A DNA stretch of 64,000 nucleotides from Nemertoderma westbladi (lineage: Eukaryota; Animalia; Xenacoelomorpha): contig JAUCBJ010008027.1 in NCBI GenBank assembly GCA_032718475.1, positions 32,010 through 96,009 on the forward strand, in the 5' to 3' direction. The notes beneath the pieces are model-generated. The model made no database searches. It was not told the origin of the DNA and was given only the letters and a program-made list of their open reading frames with translations. Within the stretch, counting starts at the first letter, position 1, and each line of letters opens with the position of its first letter. The position numbers and the translations under genes are program-made. This document shows positions 11,978 through 23,443 of the stretch, piece after piece.

Positions 11978-12165
11978 TGTAGCGCCTCATCGATAGCTAG
12001 ATATGTGATGTCATAAAACAGTTCCTCGTAGGTATTGTACTCAGCTTGGACCACCCGAACGGTAATCCTGAATCGTCCGACGTTCATTCCTTGTACTTCA
12101 ACTTCGACGTGCCAGATTCCTGGCTCAACTTGGATTATATCAATGGGTGTGATTGATACTTCCAT
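11974..12165 (-). CDS. 63-aa upstream ORF overlapping the gag start (ATGA overlap)
   Basis: Its stop TGA (11976-11974) overlaps the gag ATG (11977-11975); alternating hydrophobic beta-strand pattern. Confidence 0.4.
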   Translation of the reverse strand: MEVSITPIDIIQVEPGIWHVEVEVQGMNVGRFRITVRVVQAEYNTYEELFYDITYLAIDEALQ

Positions 12166-12413
12166 TCCCTGTTAACAACTCTCCAAATATGTGATCTGCC
12201 GACTACGAGTTGGTTAGATCGAGTTTGTTGATTAATTAAACCACGACTTTGTCTTAACTCAAATACCAGAGTTTCCTCGTAGTGGGTGCTGGCAAGCACG
12301 TAGAGAGTTTTGAAGAGTATTGTAGGATTCTCAACCTCCACCAGTTGAAGTTGGCCGCGTTTTATTCTCAATTTTGACACCCTGTCAAAATTGACCGTAA
12401 TTATTCTCAATTT

Positions 12414-13679
12414 TGTTGCCGTTATCCCTACACCAGGGGGGAAAAACGCCGATGCTGGAGACGTGACTTTACAGACCACCGAGCCCCGGCCAGTCACCGG
12501 ATATTGATTGTGGAGAAGGAATGATTTCTGAGATGCAGGTTGCGGTTGAGAAAAAGCTGCATTAGTTGGATATACTCTTTAATGTAACTGAACTCTGTTG
12601 AACCTGATTGAGAATAATTTTGGGCTTCCCCAAACCAATATACACCAAATATTCACAATAATTATACACGACAATATAAATCCCTACAGTATATTATTTA
12701 ATTACCCACTGTTCGCTCAGATTTTAGCCTACCTAATGTTCCCCAGATTTTCCCTTGGTCCTAGTCTTTGGTGCCGTAGTGTCGGTGTCGGTCGACCCTG
12801 TTGCGTGTCCGTTCCACCCCTCCCGAACCCCGAAGGGTTCGATCATCGAGAACCAGCACGGCTTGGCTAAGGGTCGGTCCAGTCGGTAGACTCTGTCGCG
12901 TATCCAGAACCACCCCTCTCGAACCCCGAAGGGATCGGTCATCGAGAACCAGTACGGCTTGGCTAGGAGTCTGTCGTGTCGGTGGACCCGTTCACGTGTC
13001 CGTCCCACCCCTCACGGACCCCGAAGGGAACGATCATCGAGAACCAGTACGGCTTGGCTAAGGGGTCTGTCGTCGGTTCCCGTCGCAAGTCCCTGGTACA
13101 AGCAGCCGGAGTTCCGATGTCCTTTTCAGGCTCGTAATAACTGCTGTTGACCAGAGACCGCTAAGGGCAGTCCTCGTCAAACCCTTCCTCTGTAAGTCGG
13201 CCGCCCTTTCGCGTGTCCGTCCCACCCGTCGCGAACCCCGAAGGGATCGGTCATCGAGAACCAGTACGACTTGGCTAAGGGGGCTGTCGTTTCCCGTCGC
13301 AAATCCCTGACGCAAGCAGCCGGCGTTCTGATGTCCTTTTCAGGCTCGTAATAACTGCTGTTGGCCAGGGACCGCTAAGGGCAGTCCTTGTCCTTTAGGC
13401 CTGGCGCGTTACCAAATCCACCCCTACAGGCAGCAGGAAGTTGGCCAGGGCCTAATAGTAATCAGGCTAACCTGAATACTGCTTGAATTTTCCATCCCCC
13501 CTGGCCCTTATAAATATGAAATTATTCCCGTACCCTGTAAGTTGCCCCAAAGTTCGCCCATAAATCGCCCCCAGTTTATAGAATGTGCCCAAAACCCATG
13601 GTCCCGCACCCAGTAGTAATATCGGAATAATCAATTTTAATAAATACAAAAAATATTCAACTCGCGTATACCGTGAACA
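12414..13679 (-). repeat. 5' LTR of element B (1266 bp, four internal modules)
   Basis: Near-identical to 1406-2896 apart from one missing ~210-bp module, a 14-bp indel and scattered substitutions. Confidence 0.95.
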
Positions 13680-13684
13680 GCAAG

Positions 13685-14830
13685 TCTAGTAATTCAGTAT
13701 CACTGTTAGCTTAGTAATTAATTACCGATACTCAATGTAGCGTGATATATATACAATATATTAGAATACCGGTATACTTATAATATATAGGTATTATTAC
13801 AGACTAGATTTGTCACAGAATACCGGTATGTAATTCCAGCACAAATATATATAAATATATAATAGGCCTATCGTGAATACCGGTATACAGCTTACACTTA
13901 TAGTATATATAAGTATAATTATGGACTAGAATTAATTACAGAATACCGGTATAATTTCAGCCTAAATTTATAGAAATAAATATAATAAGCCTATTATAAA
14001 TACCGGTATGTCAATTATTTTAAATAATTGAATTTCTGAATTTTTAGGGGTTACTTGGTTATTTTACTTACTTTATTACAGTTATTTGAGCAGTAGTCCA
14101 ACTGATATTGAGACCTAATTGTTGTATCGCAGGCCTACTATTTATAAATCGTTTGAGTTGATTTATAATATATATATACCCGTTTAATGGGTTTTGTCAA
14201 TATTTGAAATAAATGTTATTATTTCTGGGGGAAGTCACTACACAGAAGCTGTGCGCTCTCAGTGAAGTGCTACTTATTGGACACTAAAACAAATAATTAT
14301 AATTTACCTAAGTTACTTAATACTACAAATTACGTACAATTCGGTGGGAGATTACAATCTCTAAATAAACACAAAAAATTACAAGTACGAATGTTTAGGG
14401 TAATTTTACAAGAAGTCTACAAACCAGCCTAACAAAGGGTTAGAATATCTGGTTATTACAACGGACAGGGTACTATGGTATTTGAAAATAATAAGTAGTA
14501 GTAAATATATTGCGCAGTCCAGATAGGAAAAATACCACCGTCTGACGACCTGTAGCCGTATCGCTATAGGTACTACGTTATGTTTCACGGAGTGTTCCTA
14601 CCTAGAAGTTAATTACCGCGGTCTACCAGAACCAACGTGCCTATTAACCACTTTACAACACAAATATACTGCCTACACACTAATCACCTTCGGAAAGCAC
14701 TGTACACTAAACCCTAAATTAGGTACAAGTACTTGTACAACAAATAATCAGTAGTTAAAAATACTTGAACAGCTAAAAGAACCACGGTATCTGCTGGAGT
14801 GACCAAAGCACAAAATCTCCAGTCTTTACC
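13685..14830 (-). mobile_element. Probable 5' leader of element A with degenerate tandem repeats
   Basis: Continues from the TSD of B; repeated GAATACCGGTAT and AGGCCT motifs resemble the leader of element C. Confidence 0.5.
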
Positions 14831-15438
14831 TATCACGTTGGCTAAAAGAATCCTTTGTGAAGATTCTATAGCCGGGAAGGAAATAAGGAGGGCCGGTCAG
14901 CCGGTTGCGGTACTCCAAGTATTTCTTCCCCTGGGCCACGTGTAAGCCTTGACTGGGCTGATAATTCTAGAGCTCCTTTTATAAGGATGTCCAAACCTCC
15001 CAAACAGACTCCAGGCTCTCTCTGCACCTTAATATAAATACCCAAACTACCAAACCCAATAGAGTTACCTGATTGCCAAAGTTACCTTGCTCGCTTGACC
15101 GCGAGTGAAGCCCCTCCCCACGGCGGAATAGAGTGACGGAAATATAAGTTGTAACCCACGATATGATAGAGAACGGACAACGGACCCGGTGACCTGGTGG
15201 ATCGTTCTAGGCGCTGGCGAGTAATGTTGTCTGTTATTGTAGGATTGGGAACAAATCCCATAAGAACTTTATGAATTTTCCCAGTCAGTAGTTAGCAGTA
15301 CTGCAGTATGCCTACATCGGTAGGCTACTCTCTGTGTTGCAGGAGTAGTGCAGTCGTGTCCTGTCACTTCTGCTGTCTGCTATCTGATGGATACCGGAAG
15401 TGTCATTTTGTCATTTTACAGGCCACCAGGTGACGTCA
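14831..15438 (-). repeat. 3' LTR of element C (distal ~350 bp missing)
   Basis: Near-identical to the right-hand copy and carries the empty TTAA site at the MITE position. Confidence 0.88.
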
Positions 15439-17002
15439 TACCACTCCCTAAAAAATTTATTTATAAGTTATTTATAAACAAAAAGGAAACTGGCGGTACA
15501 ATAAATTGCACGTAATCCCTTCACCATTATGACACACGTAAATAATTATATTGGTAACACAATACGTTATTAATAATTGTTGTAAACTACTATATTTGTG
15601 ACTATCACATACTAAACTATTAATTATTTACGTAGTTGTAGTTAAGTATATATGGTGTATACATTTTGAGTTGGAACTCAAATTAATTAATTATCAATAA
15701 GGGAAAATAAACTAACAAAGGCATTTAATTTACTTATTGCACCGTTATTACAACAACAACAAAAATTTCTAAAAATTTACGATTGAGTATGATTAACTCG
15801 AAATGAAATACTTAGTACTTGCTGGCTCCCATTTAGGCAAGGTTTCTCTAGGTAATGTTTGCTGAATATGCTGACCCAGTAAACACTATTGCACTATATG
15901 TATAACTTAATATATATTCTTAGAATAATAACATGATTAATATAATGGACTTTCTGAATAAAACTATATTACCGGCAAGTAAAGTTATCATATCAAAGAA
16001 ATTATCAACAAAACAAGTATTAACAATATAAACATTTCAACGCCAAATTAATCAAACTTCTGAAATTCTAATAGACTCCGTTTTCGGGGACTGACTCCTG
16101 AAGGTCATTCACCCGGTGTTTTTCCCGTCTGCAGGCAATTTCCAAGGAAAGGTTGAGATAATTATTAGGTTCACCGGTAAGTTAGATAACGAGTCACCCA
16201 TCACGTCACGCAGATCCGATCCGTCTAGGTATATATAGGTCTAGCATCGGTCCAACGAAACATCTTTGTCCCAGGACGTCTGTGGTTCCGTAGTCTAGGT
16301 AAATAGCCGTTGCCGTGGGGAGTCAAATGGAGTATTCCAAAGTTGGCGATAAGGCAATTAGTCCCTCACCCACCGTTCGATTCCCCCCAATAATAATAAA
16401 CCCATAGAGATAGCCTGGGTTTTTCTATATTATTATTATGTTATATAGTATCACACTGTTTCATTCATAATCAAAATCAATCCAATCAGGCGATTACCTC
16501 TTAAAATGTAAAAGTAATCAAATTGGTGATAACTTAAATTCACCAAACTGAAACCAAGAGGAAGAATAACTTCAGAGATTAATTATTTTTTAATTAATTA
16601 AACAGTTTTAGTTATAATAAATTTTATTTTTATTTTTTAAACACTCCGACCCTCCTTCGGTCTAAAATGTATTTTATTAAGTCATTAAATTTTTCTCGAA
16701 TTACTTTTGAAAGTTGGTCATTAATTAAAATTTTATCGTTAACTATAAATTCAACAAATCTCAATAAATTTAAATAAATTTAAATTTATTCCCGGAATTA
16801 TGTTTATATGTCTCTATGTATGTCATATTTTGTTCTAATTCATGCGCTAGTTTCTTAGATCAGATAAATATGAACATCATACGATCTATTCATACTAAAC
16901 ATACAACGCATTATAATACACACATTCTTTGCTATATTAAATCGGTTATCTGTATACAGTTTCAGTTAATAAGTAGAATCATTAAAGTTATTAACACGGC
17001 GT

Positions 17003-20000
17003 TTACGGTTTATGTTTGTCAACAGATTTCCATTGGGTATTTGTAATATTACTAAGGATCCACGGCTGATTATGTTGAAGAGGCTGAAATTGACCATATA
17101 TACCTGTCTTCTCTGAGTCTTGTTCAAGGAGGCATAATTTCTGTATCGGTCTTTCGAGAATACTCCCATTCTGCGTCTTCAACTTAGCGCTTCTGACTAA
17201 GCCATCGCCACTGTAGTTAGGTTCTAAGACAGTAGCTGTAAGCCAATCCCGCCGTGGCCGTACAGGGTCATGAATTAAGACGATATCACCAATATTTAGA
17301 TTTGGTCGTTGGCAAAACCACTTCGATCTTAGGCGTTGAGAAGGTAAATAGTCAATCAACCAATTGTTCCAGAATCGTTGAGTCAGGAGTTGAAGAACTT
17401 TCCAGGTGCGTCGGGAATGAAGATCATTATCCTCCATTTCGGATATTGGTATCGTAATGGCTGGTTTAGAGAAGAGGAAATGTGCTGGAGTGAGAGCTTC
17501 AGCTGATTCAGAAGATTGCGAAATACGTGTTAATGGTCGGTTGTTCAAAACTAATTCGATCTGAGCCAACAATGTGCGCAAGGCCTCATCATCCAAATAC
17601 GTGTAAGTCTCATCCTCGGGCAACAGTTTGTAGAAAGCTTGTTTGACACTCTGTACCAGCCTTTCATAAGTTCCCCCATACCAAGGAGCGTGGGGTGGAG
17701 TAAAGTACCAGTCTATGAGGTTTATTTGATGATTATCAAGAAGCTCGTGTAGCGATTGCGTATTCCACTCATTGATATTCTTACGAAGCTCTTTCTCGGC
17801 CGCTACGAAGTTTCCTCCATTATCAGAGGTGATATGATGTGGTTGTCCGCGCCGTGCGATCAATCTGGACAATGCGGACAAAAACGAACCCATGTTAGCT
17901 TGATACAAAACGTCCAGATGGATCGCCCTTGTAGTCATACATACCGCCAATAGGCCCCATCGTTTGACAGTAGTTCTGGCGCGCTTAACTAATATCGGGC
18001 CGAACATATCCACTCCACAATTGGTAAATGCTGGCTCATATGCCGCCATCCGAACGTTGGGTAGATCTCCCATCTGTTGCTTCATCAGCGGTGAGTTGTA
18101 TCTCCGGCAGTGAAGACAATTGCGCATAACATTCCGTAGATACTTCCAGGGTGAAACCAGAAAATAGTGTTGTCTCAAATGACTCAAGATATGGTCTCTT
18201 CCTGAGTGATTAAGTTCAAGGTGAGTGTCATGAAATAATTGTTCCAAGAGGAGTGGTTCACGCAACATGATAGGATGTATAGTGTCATAGGACACTGGAG
18301 CCATTGTTAGGCGTGTTTGAACTCGAATAATCCCATTTGACATGATTGTGGCAACACGCTGAGGGGGAATAGGATTATTATGTTGATGTTTCAAAAAAAG
18401 TTCTGGATCTGTTATTCTTTGCGAGAGGCGAAGTCTCATTTGTAAACTCGACCTTAGTTCTTCTAGTGTTAATGGACCAAAAAATCTAAGAGGTTTCTCG
18501 GTCGTATTGGGATTCTTTTGTCGCCAACAATACCAATGTGCCATGCGGCGAATGTAGCAAATATCCCGAATCGAGGCACGAAGACTTTGCTGACTGCTCA
18601 GAAGTCTTTTCAACCAAGGATGCAATCCTTTGTCTAAGTTTGGAAATTGAATCTCTTTACTTGAACCTTTTGGAATTGGGGTAGGATCATCTTCAACATT
18701 TATTATTGTATTGGTTTCTCCTGACATCAACCTAGATTTGGGGGGGTATACTCTATCGGGAACTATCTCCGCTCCCTTGGGGAGATTTAGATCTCGCAGT
18801 ACATGAGGCCACTCATCTTCTGTCTCCCACAAGAAATCTGGACCTTTCCACCATATGGAAGAATTGACTAATTCTTCTGCTGTTGAGCCACGACAGGCCA
18901 GATCAGCTGGATTAATGGTACCAGCTATATGACGCCATTGATATAGGAGTGATCGTTTTAATATTCGAGTCACCCGGTTTGTTATAAACACAGAGAGTTT
19001 ATGTTTACGGTTATGCAGGTATTGTAATACTATGGTAGCATCAGTCCAATAATATTGTTCTACCTTAAGAGTAAGTTCAGCTGTGATAATCTCAGCAAGT
19101 TCAGTTCCCAGCACAGCAGCTTGCAATTCTGCCTTAGGGGTCGATAGTTCCTGTTTAGGCATAATACGAGATTTTGAAGCAACAAAGGTTACTGAAAATA
19201 TGCCCTTCAACTCTCGTCTAAAATAGGCCGTTGCACCCATCCCATTATCACAAGCGTCAACAAAGACATGAAGTTGAAGTTGTTCGGTTGTTTGTAAGTG
19301 AGGAAAGTATGTTCTGGGAATAGTTAATTGTTCTATATTTTTAAGGTCCTTTTCCCACTTACTCCAGGCCTCAAACAGAAATTGGGGAATAGTATCATCC
19401 CAATCTAAATCTAAAAGCCAAGTTTTCTTAAGCAAGAACTTAGCCCTCATAATTACTGGCGCAACATATCCAAATGGGTCGAAGACCTTGTGCATTTTTG
19501 AAAGGCATTGGCGTCGTGTTTTTGCTGGCACATTATCGATAAAGGCAACTGTGAAGTAGAACTCATCTTCTTGCATTCGCCAACGTAGTCCCAATGTTTT
19601 CATTACTGGGAGCTTCTCTACATCTAAGTCTAGGGTAGGGGAGGCCCGTTCTTCTGGTGGAAATGTCTGTAGTAGTTCCTTGCTGTTGCTAGCGAATTTC
19701 ACCAGTCGAAAGCCACCCCGGAGCAGGCAATCTTGAACACCATGAGCAATATCAATTAAGTTTCCACTGATTGGATGTGACTTAAGAACATCATCCATAT
19801 ATAAACTATTCTTTATTGTTTCAATTATAACCTTTTTGAAATCATTGGCATTGTCATCAGCTGTTGCATACACAATACTCTCAGCATTGCTAGGTGAGGA
19901 TATTACTCCAAAGGGTTGGCACTTCATCCAATATTGGCTTGGCTCACCTTCAAGCTCAGTTGTCGGCCACCAATAATATCGGAGGCTGTCTTGGTCCACT

Positions 20001-23000
20001 GGGAGGGCACGTACCTGTAGAAACATTGCTTCTATATCTGCTACGAAAGCTACATTAAACTCACGAAATCTAATAAGAATTCCTACCAAAGATTGTAATA
20101 AGTTTGGTCCAGGAAGTATCTCTGTATTGAGTGATTTACCTTTATATGTAGCATGACAGTCGAAAACAACTCGTACAGTGTTGGGTTTGTTTTCATGGGT
20201 TACAAAATGATGCGGCATAAAATATGACCTGGGACCAAATTGTTGTTGGTCAGATGGAACCAATTCTGCGCAATCAATTTTGAGGTATTTATCCATTTGA
20301 TGTTGATACATATCTAAATATTTAGGGTTCTTCTTCAGCCTTTTTCTCATGTTCAGAGCTCTATTATATGCTAGGCTAGAATTGTTAATAAGCTGTGGAG
20401 GATCATCCCGCCACAGCAGGCCAGTCTGATAATGTCCATCAGGCAGAAGTTTGCGCGTCCGATGCTGGATCTCCACAGCATGGAGGTCGTCTGGAGACAT
20501 TGCTAATTTATCCTCATTCACGTTAGTGCTGTCATTCTCAAGCCATCGTTGCATGGCCAAATCAAGAGTCATATTATCCAAGGCTGAACATTCTTCATTA
20601 TTATGATAATCGTCGTTGGTTCTAGATGATTCACTATGAGTCACCAAGTGCATTAAGGTATCGTAAGTATCCTGAGTGGGCAGTTCAGTCATGTCTCTAC
20701 CTAAGGCTGCCAATTCCTGTTCTATGAATGTATCTTGTAGTCGACATACTGATTCATGAGTGAGTATTTCAATGTAATTTATACTCTCAGATTCTCTCTC
20801 TTTTAATGTTCTCTCTGATGGTCCCGAACAATACCATCCAAGAGGTGTTCGTGCCGCAAATGGCGAACTGTATTTGGATGACCCCACTCCCAAGAAAGCT
20901 GCCGGGATTGTTTCTAAAACGCGAAAGGCTTCAGGGCAGTTCTGCCCTATGAGCATGACAACCTTAGGATCTTCAGCCGTTGCTAGAGGAATCTGGTATT
21001 GTTTGGAAAAATCATCACTCAACCAGTCATGGGGAGTCCCAAGTGCGTTTTTTAAACCATTCATACGTATAATTTTGATGTTCTCTGCCATTTCCCCTTC
21101 CACGTCATCCCTGGCTGGACTAAGTTTACCCTTTGCCACTACCGTAGGCATCTCTTGGTACCAGGCTACGGCCGTTAAGTGCAGGTTAGTTTCTTTGGTT
21201 ACTCCAAACAACCGGTCGAAAATATCCCCATCTAGAAAGGTAGTCGAGCTACCCGTATCTACAAGAGCATTAACAATTGTTGAACCCTTATCGCCATTTA
21301 GTCTCAAGGTCAAAACCGGAAATTCACGCACTGGACCACCTCTACGATTGAGTCTACAGGAAATTATGGCAGCATTATCGATAAAATTTGACTCATGTTC
21401 TGCAAACTCAGTAACTCCATATTCATCACCAGCAGCATCTGAATCTGTCTCAGATTCTACTATTCTCATTGCAGCCTCTTCTCGTTTAGTTTCACGTGAG
21501 GTAAGTTCTTCTTTATGAAGGATAGTGTGGTGGGCTTCACCACAAATTTTACAACGATTTTTATTCTTACAATGGGACCGGAGGTGGAGGCTTGATAAAC
21601 AGTTGTAGCAAAGTTTTTCACGTTGACAAAAGGATCTTCTTTTCTCTAGATTCATCTTATTAAAGTCTTCACATTTAAACAAGTTATGGGTATCTCCACA
21701 TTTAATACATTTCAACTCACCTGTCCCTCTGGATACAGTTGGTTTGGGTGGGATATTTTGTTTAGAAGGTCGAGTGATAGCATTAAGAGCCTTGGATTGC
21801 TGATGTCTTCCCTTTGCTGGCTTATGCAATTTCGCCACTATCCGATTTAAGAACTCATCATCATCACTTGAGTCATCTGTTCTTACTGCATTTACCCTCG
21901 AAATTCTTTTAATATCTTTATTAAGAATTGTGGTATTATTGGGCTTTGCAACAGGCATTAAAACCAGAATATCCACCTCTTCTTCCAGAAACTGGACAAA
22001 ATGTTCGGCTTTGGCAATATTAGGATCATTCAATCGACGCTGGTGACGTAATTGTGCCTTTACCCATCGTCGACGAGTGGGTTCTGTTAACTTAGCTGCG
22101 AGATCGTTCAATATCTTAGTGTTATCTAGCTGAGGTCCAGCCCCGAGTTGATGCAACTGTTGGAAAGTCCATTTTACCTCATCTGCGAATTCAATTACCT
22201 TTTCAGGTTGGCTTACAGGTTCCATTTTCAAAAGTTTCTCCAATAATGATGCAATTATGGATTGCTCTCGACCATAACGTTTGTTCAAACCTTCCCAGGC
22301 CTTTATGAATCCATCCTGAAGACCAACACAACTTTCTACCATCCTTAAAGGTGCATCTTCTACCATAGCCATCAAATAGTTCAAGTTTTCTTGATCCGTC
22401 AAGTGGAATCCCAAAACTGCTGTCTCAAAGTGATGTCTGAAGGTTACCCAATCATCTGCAGCACCAGAAAATTTCTTTAACTTTATTTTCGGAAGATTTC
22501 TCTCAGCCGTAAGTCTATTCATAGCATGTGCTATGGTTGGTTCCATCGATGAAGTATTAATTCTACTGGACTGAAGCATCCCTATATCCCTCGATGCCAA
22601 AGGAGGTGGACACCCTTCACCCAGTGGAGCAGAAGTTGAATTTGATCTATCAATATTATCCTGGTATGTATTATTTACTAGTTGACTTCTAGAAAGGTTA
22701 TTGTGAGTTTGACCCCCTGGAGCGTTCATACTACCATTGGAAGTTAGAGTTTCATGAGGGGGCAGTTGGGCCGTATCTGCATTGAGCGCAACTTCTGCTT
22801 GGATCATATCCACATGATCAAAGCAACTCTTCCGAAGGTCCTTTAACCGTATGTCCATGTTCTTGGCTAGCTGACTTATGTGATGTCCCCAGTGCCCATG
22901 GGGTGGTTGTAAACCCTGTATTTCATTAATCTTCTGGGATAAACCCTGCAGACTCTGCTCCATTTCATATCTCCAATTCGAATAGTGGTCTATTGGTGAC

Positions 23001-23443
23001 CATCCCATTTTGTTATCGTATATAGCATTTGTGTGTTTAGGAATGGTTCCGCCTATACTTGTAGAGTATTGCATGGATATTGGAGGTGGTACAGGTATTG
23101 ATTGTATCCTTGGATGTAAGATAACCTTTGGTTCTCTCGAGGTTTGATACCTCGGTGAAGATAATTGTGGTCTATTTCCACTTCCAGGATTCTTCTGGAA
23201 ATAGTGGGAGGATGGTGCCATCTCAGTGTCCTGCCGCTCATATCTAATCTCTGGGGTTACATGTCTTGGCTCAATTCTACCAGGTTTAGGAGTTCCTTTT
23301 GCCTCTTTCAAAGCCTCTGATTCTAGGAGAATTCTATGTTTTTCTGGTGGAATTTCGTCAGCTCGCCTCTTGTTAGGTACTGGTGGGCAAAACTCAACAT
23401 GACGTGACAAGTCGGGTTGGGTGGTTACAACGTGGACCTTCAT
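17003..23443 (-). CDS. gag-pol: BEL/Pao Gag-Pol polyprotein (2146 aa) of element C
   Basis: LPKIKLKKFSG capsid, three zinc knuckles, protease ALVDTGS, RT LYMDD, RNase H FVDAC, integrase HH-CC, GVDMFGP, SDNGGNF, YERL, C-terminal RPIQKLCLLE. Confidence 0.96.
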   Translation of the reverse strand: MKVHVVTTQPDLSRHVEFCPPVPNKRRADEIPPEKHRILLESEALKEAKGTPKPGRIEPRHVTPEIRYERQDTEMAPSSHYFQKNPGSGNRPQLSSPRYQTSREPKVILHPRIQSIPVPPPISMQYSTSIGGTIPKHTNAIYDNKMGWSPIDHYSNWRYEMEQSLQGLSQKINEIQGLQPPHGHWGHHISQLAKNMDIRLKDLRKSCFDHVDMIQAEVALNADTAQLPPHETLTSNGSMNAPGGQTHNNLSRSQLVNNTYQDNIDRSNSTSAPLGEGCPPPLASRDIGMLQSSRINTSSMEPTIAHAMNRLTAERNLPKIKLKKFSGAADDWVTFRHHFETAVLGFHLTDQENLNYLMAMVEDAPLRMVESCVGLQDGFIKAWEGLNKRYGREQSIIASLLEKLLKMEPVSQPEKVIEFADEVKWTFQQLHQLGAGPQLDNTKILNDLAAKLTEPTRRRWVKAQLRHQRRLNDPNIAKAEHFVQFLEEEVDILVLMPVAKPNNTTILNKDIKRISRVNAVRTDDSSDDDEFLNRIVAKLHKPAKGRHQQSKALNAITRPSKQNIPPKPTVSRGTGELKCIKCGDTHNLFKCEDFNKMNLEKRRSFCQREKLCYNCLSSLHLRSHCKNKNRCKICGEAHHTILHKEELTSRETKREEAAMRIVESETDSDAAGDEYGVTEFAEHESNFIDNAAIISCRLNRRGGPVREFPVLTLRLNGDKGSTIVNALVDTGSSTTFLDGDIFDRLFGVTKETNLHLTAVAWYQEMPTVVAKGKLSPARDDVEGEMAENIKIIRMNGLKNALGTPHDWLSDDFSKQYQIPLATAEDPKVVMLIGQNCPEAFRVLETIPAAFLGVGSSKYSSPFAARTPLGWYCSGPSERTLKERESESINYIEILTHESVCRLQDTFIEQELAALGRDMTELPTQDTYDTLMHLVTHSESSRTNDDYHNNEECSALDNMTLDLAMQRWLENDSTNVNEDKLAMSPDDLHAVEIQHRTRKLLPDGHYQTGLLWRDDPPQLINNSSLAYNRALNMRKRLKKNPKYLDMYQHQMDKYLKIDCAELVPSDQQQFGPRSYFMPHHFVTHENKPNTVRVVFDCHATYKGKSLNTEILPGPNLLQSLVGILIRFREFNVAFVADIEAMFLQVRALPVDQDSLRYYWWPTTELEGEPSQYWMKCQPFGVISSPSNAESIVYATADDNANDFKKVIIETIKNSLYMDDVLKSHPISGNLIDIAHGVQDCLLRGGFRLVKFASNSKELLQTFPPEERASPTLDLDVEKLPVMKTLGLRWRMQEDEFYFTVAFIDNVPAKTRRQCLSKMHKVFDPFGYVAPVIMRAKFLLKKTWLLDLDWDDTIPQFLFEAWSKWEKDLKNIEQLTIPRTYFPHLQTTEQLQLHVFVDACDNGMGATAYFRRELKGIFSVTFVASKSRIMPKQELSTPKAELQAAVLGTELAEIITAELTLKVEQYYWTDATIVLQYLHNRKHKLSVFITNRVTRILKRSLLYQWRHIAGTINPADLACRGSTAEELVNSSIWWKGPDFLWETEDEWPHVLRDLNLPKGAEIVPDRVYPPKSRLMSGETNTIINVEDDPTPIPKGSSKEIQFPNLDKGLHPWLKRLLSSQQSLRASIRDICYIRRMAHWYCWRQKNPNTTEKPLRFFGPLTLEELRSSLQMRLRLSQRITDPELFLKHQHNNPIPPQRVATIMSNGIIRVQTRLTMAPVSYDTIHPIMLREPLLLEQLFHDTHLELNHSGRDHILSHLRQHYFLVSPWKYLRNVMRNCLHCRRYNSPLMKQQMGDLPNVRMAAYEPAFTNCGVDMFGPILVKRARTTVKRWGLLAVCMTTRAIHLDVLYQANMGSFLSALSRLIARRGQPHHITSDNGGNFVAAEKELRKNINEWNTQSLHELLDNHQINLIDWYFTPPHAPWYGGTYERLVQSVKQAFYKLLPEDETYTYLDDEALRTLLAQIELVLNNRPLTRISQSSESAEALTPAHFLFSKPAITIPISEMEDNDLHSRRTWKVLQLLTQRFWNNWLIDYLPSQRLRSKWFCQRPNLNIGDIVLIHDPVRPRRDWLTATVLEPNYSGDGLVRSAKLKTQNGSILERPIQKLCLLEQDSEKTGIYGQFQPLQHNQPWILSNITNTQWKSVDKHKP

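Larger units (their letters stand above)
1406..13679 (-). mobile_element. Full-length BEL/Pao LTR retrotransposon (element B) inserted in the 5' leader of element A
   Basis: Two LTRs TG...CA (1406-2896, 12414-13679), identical 5-bp TSD GCAAG (1401-1405, 13680-13684), PPT, gag-PR-RT-RH-IN order with BEL-type motifs. Confidence 0.96.
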
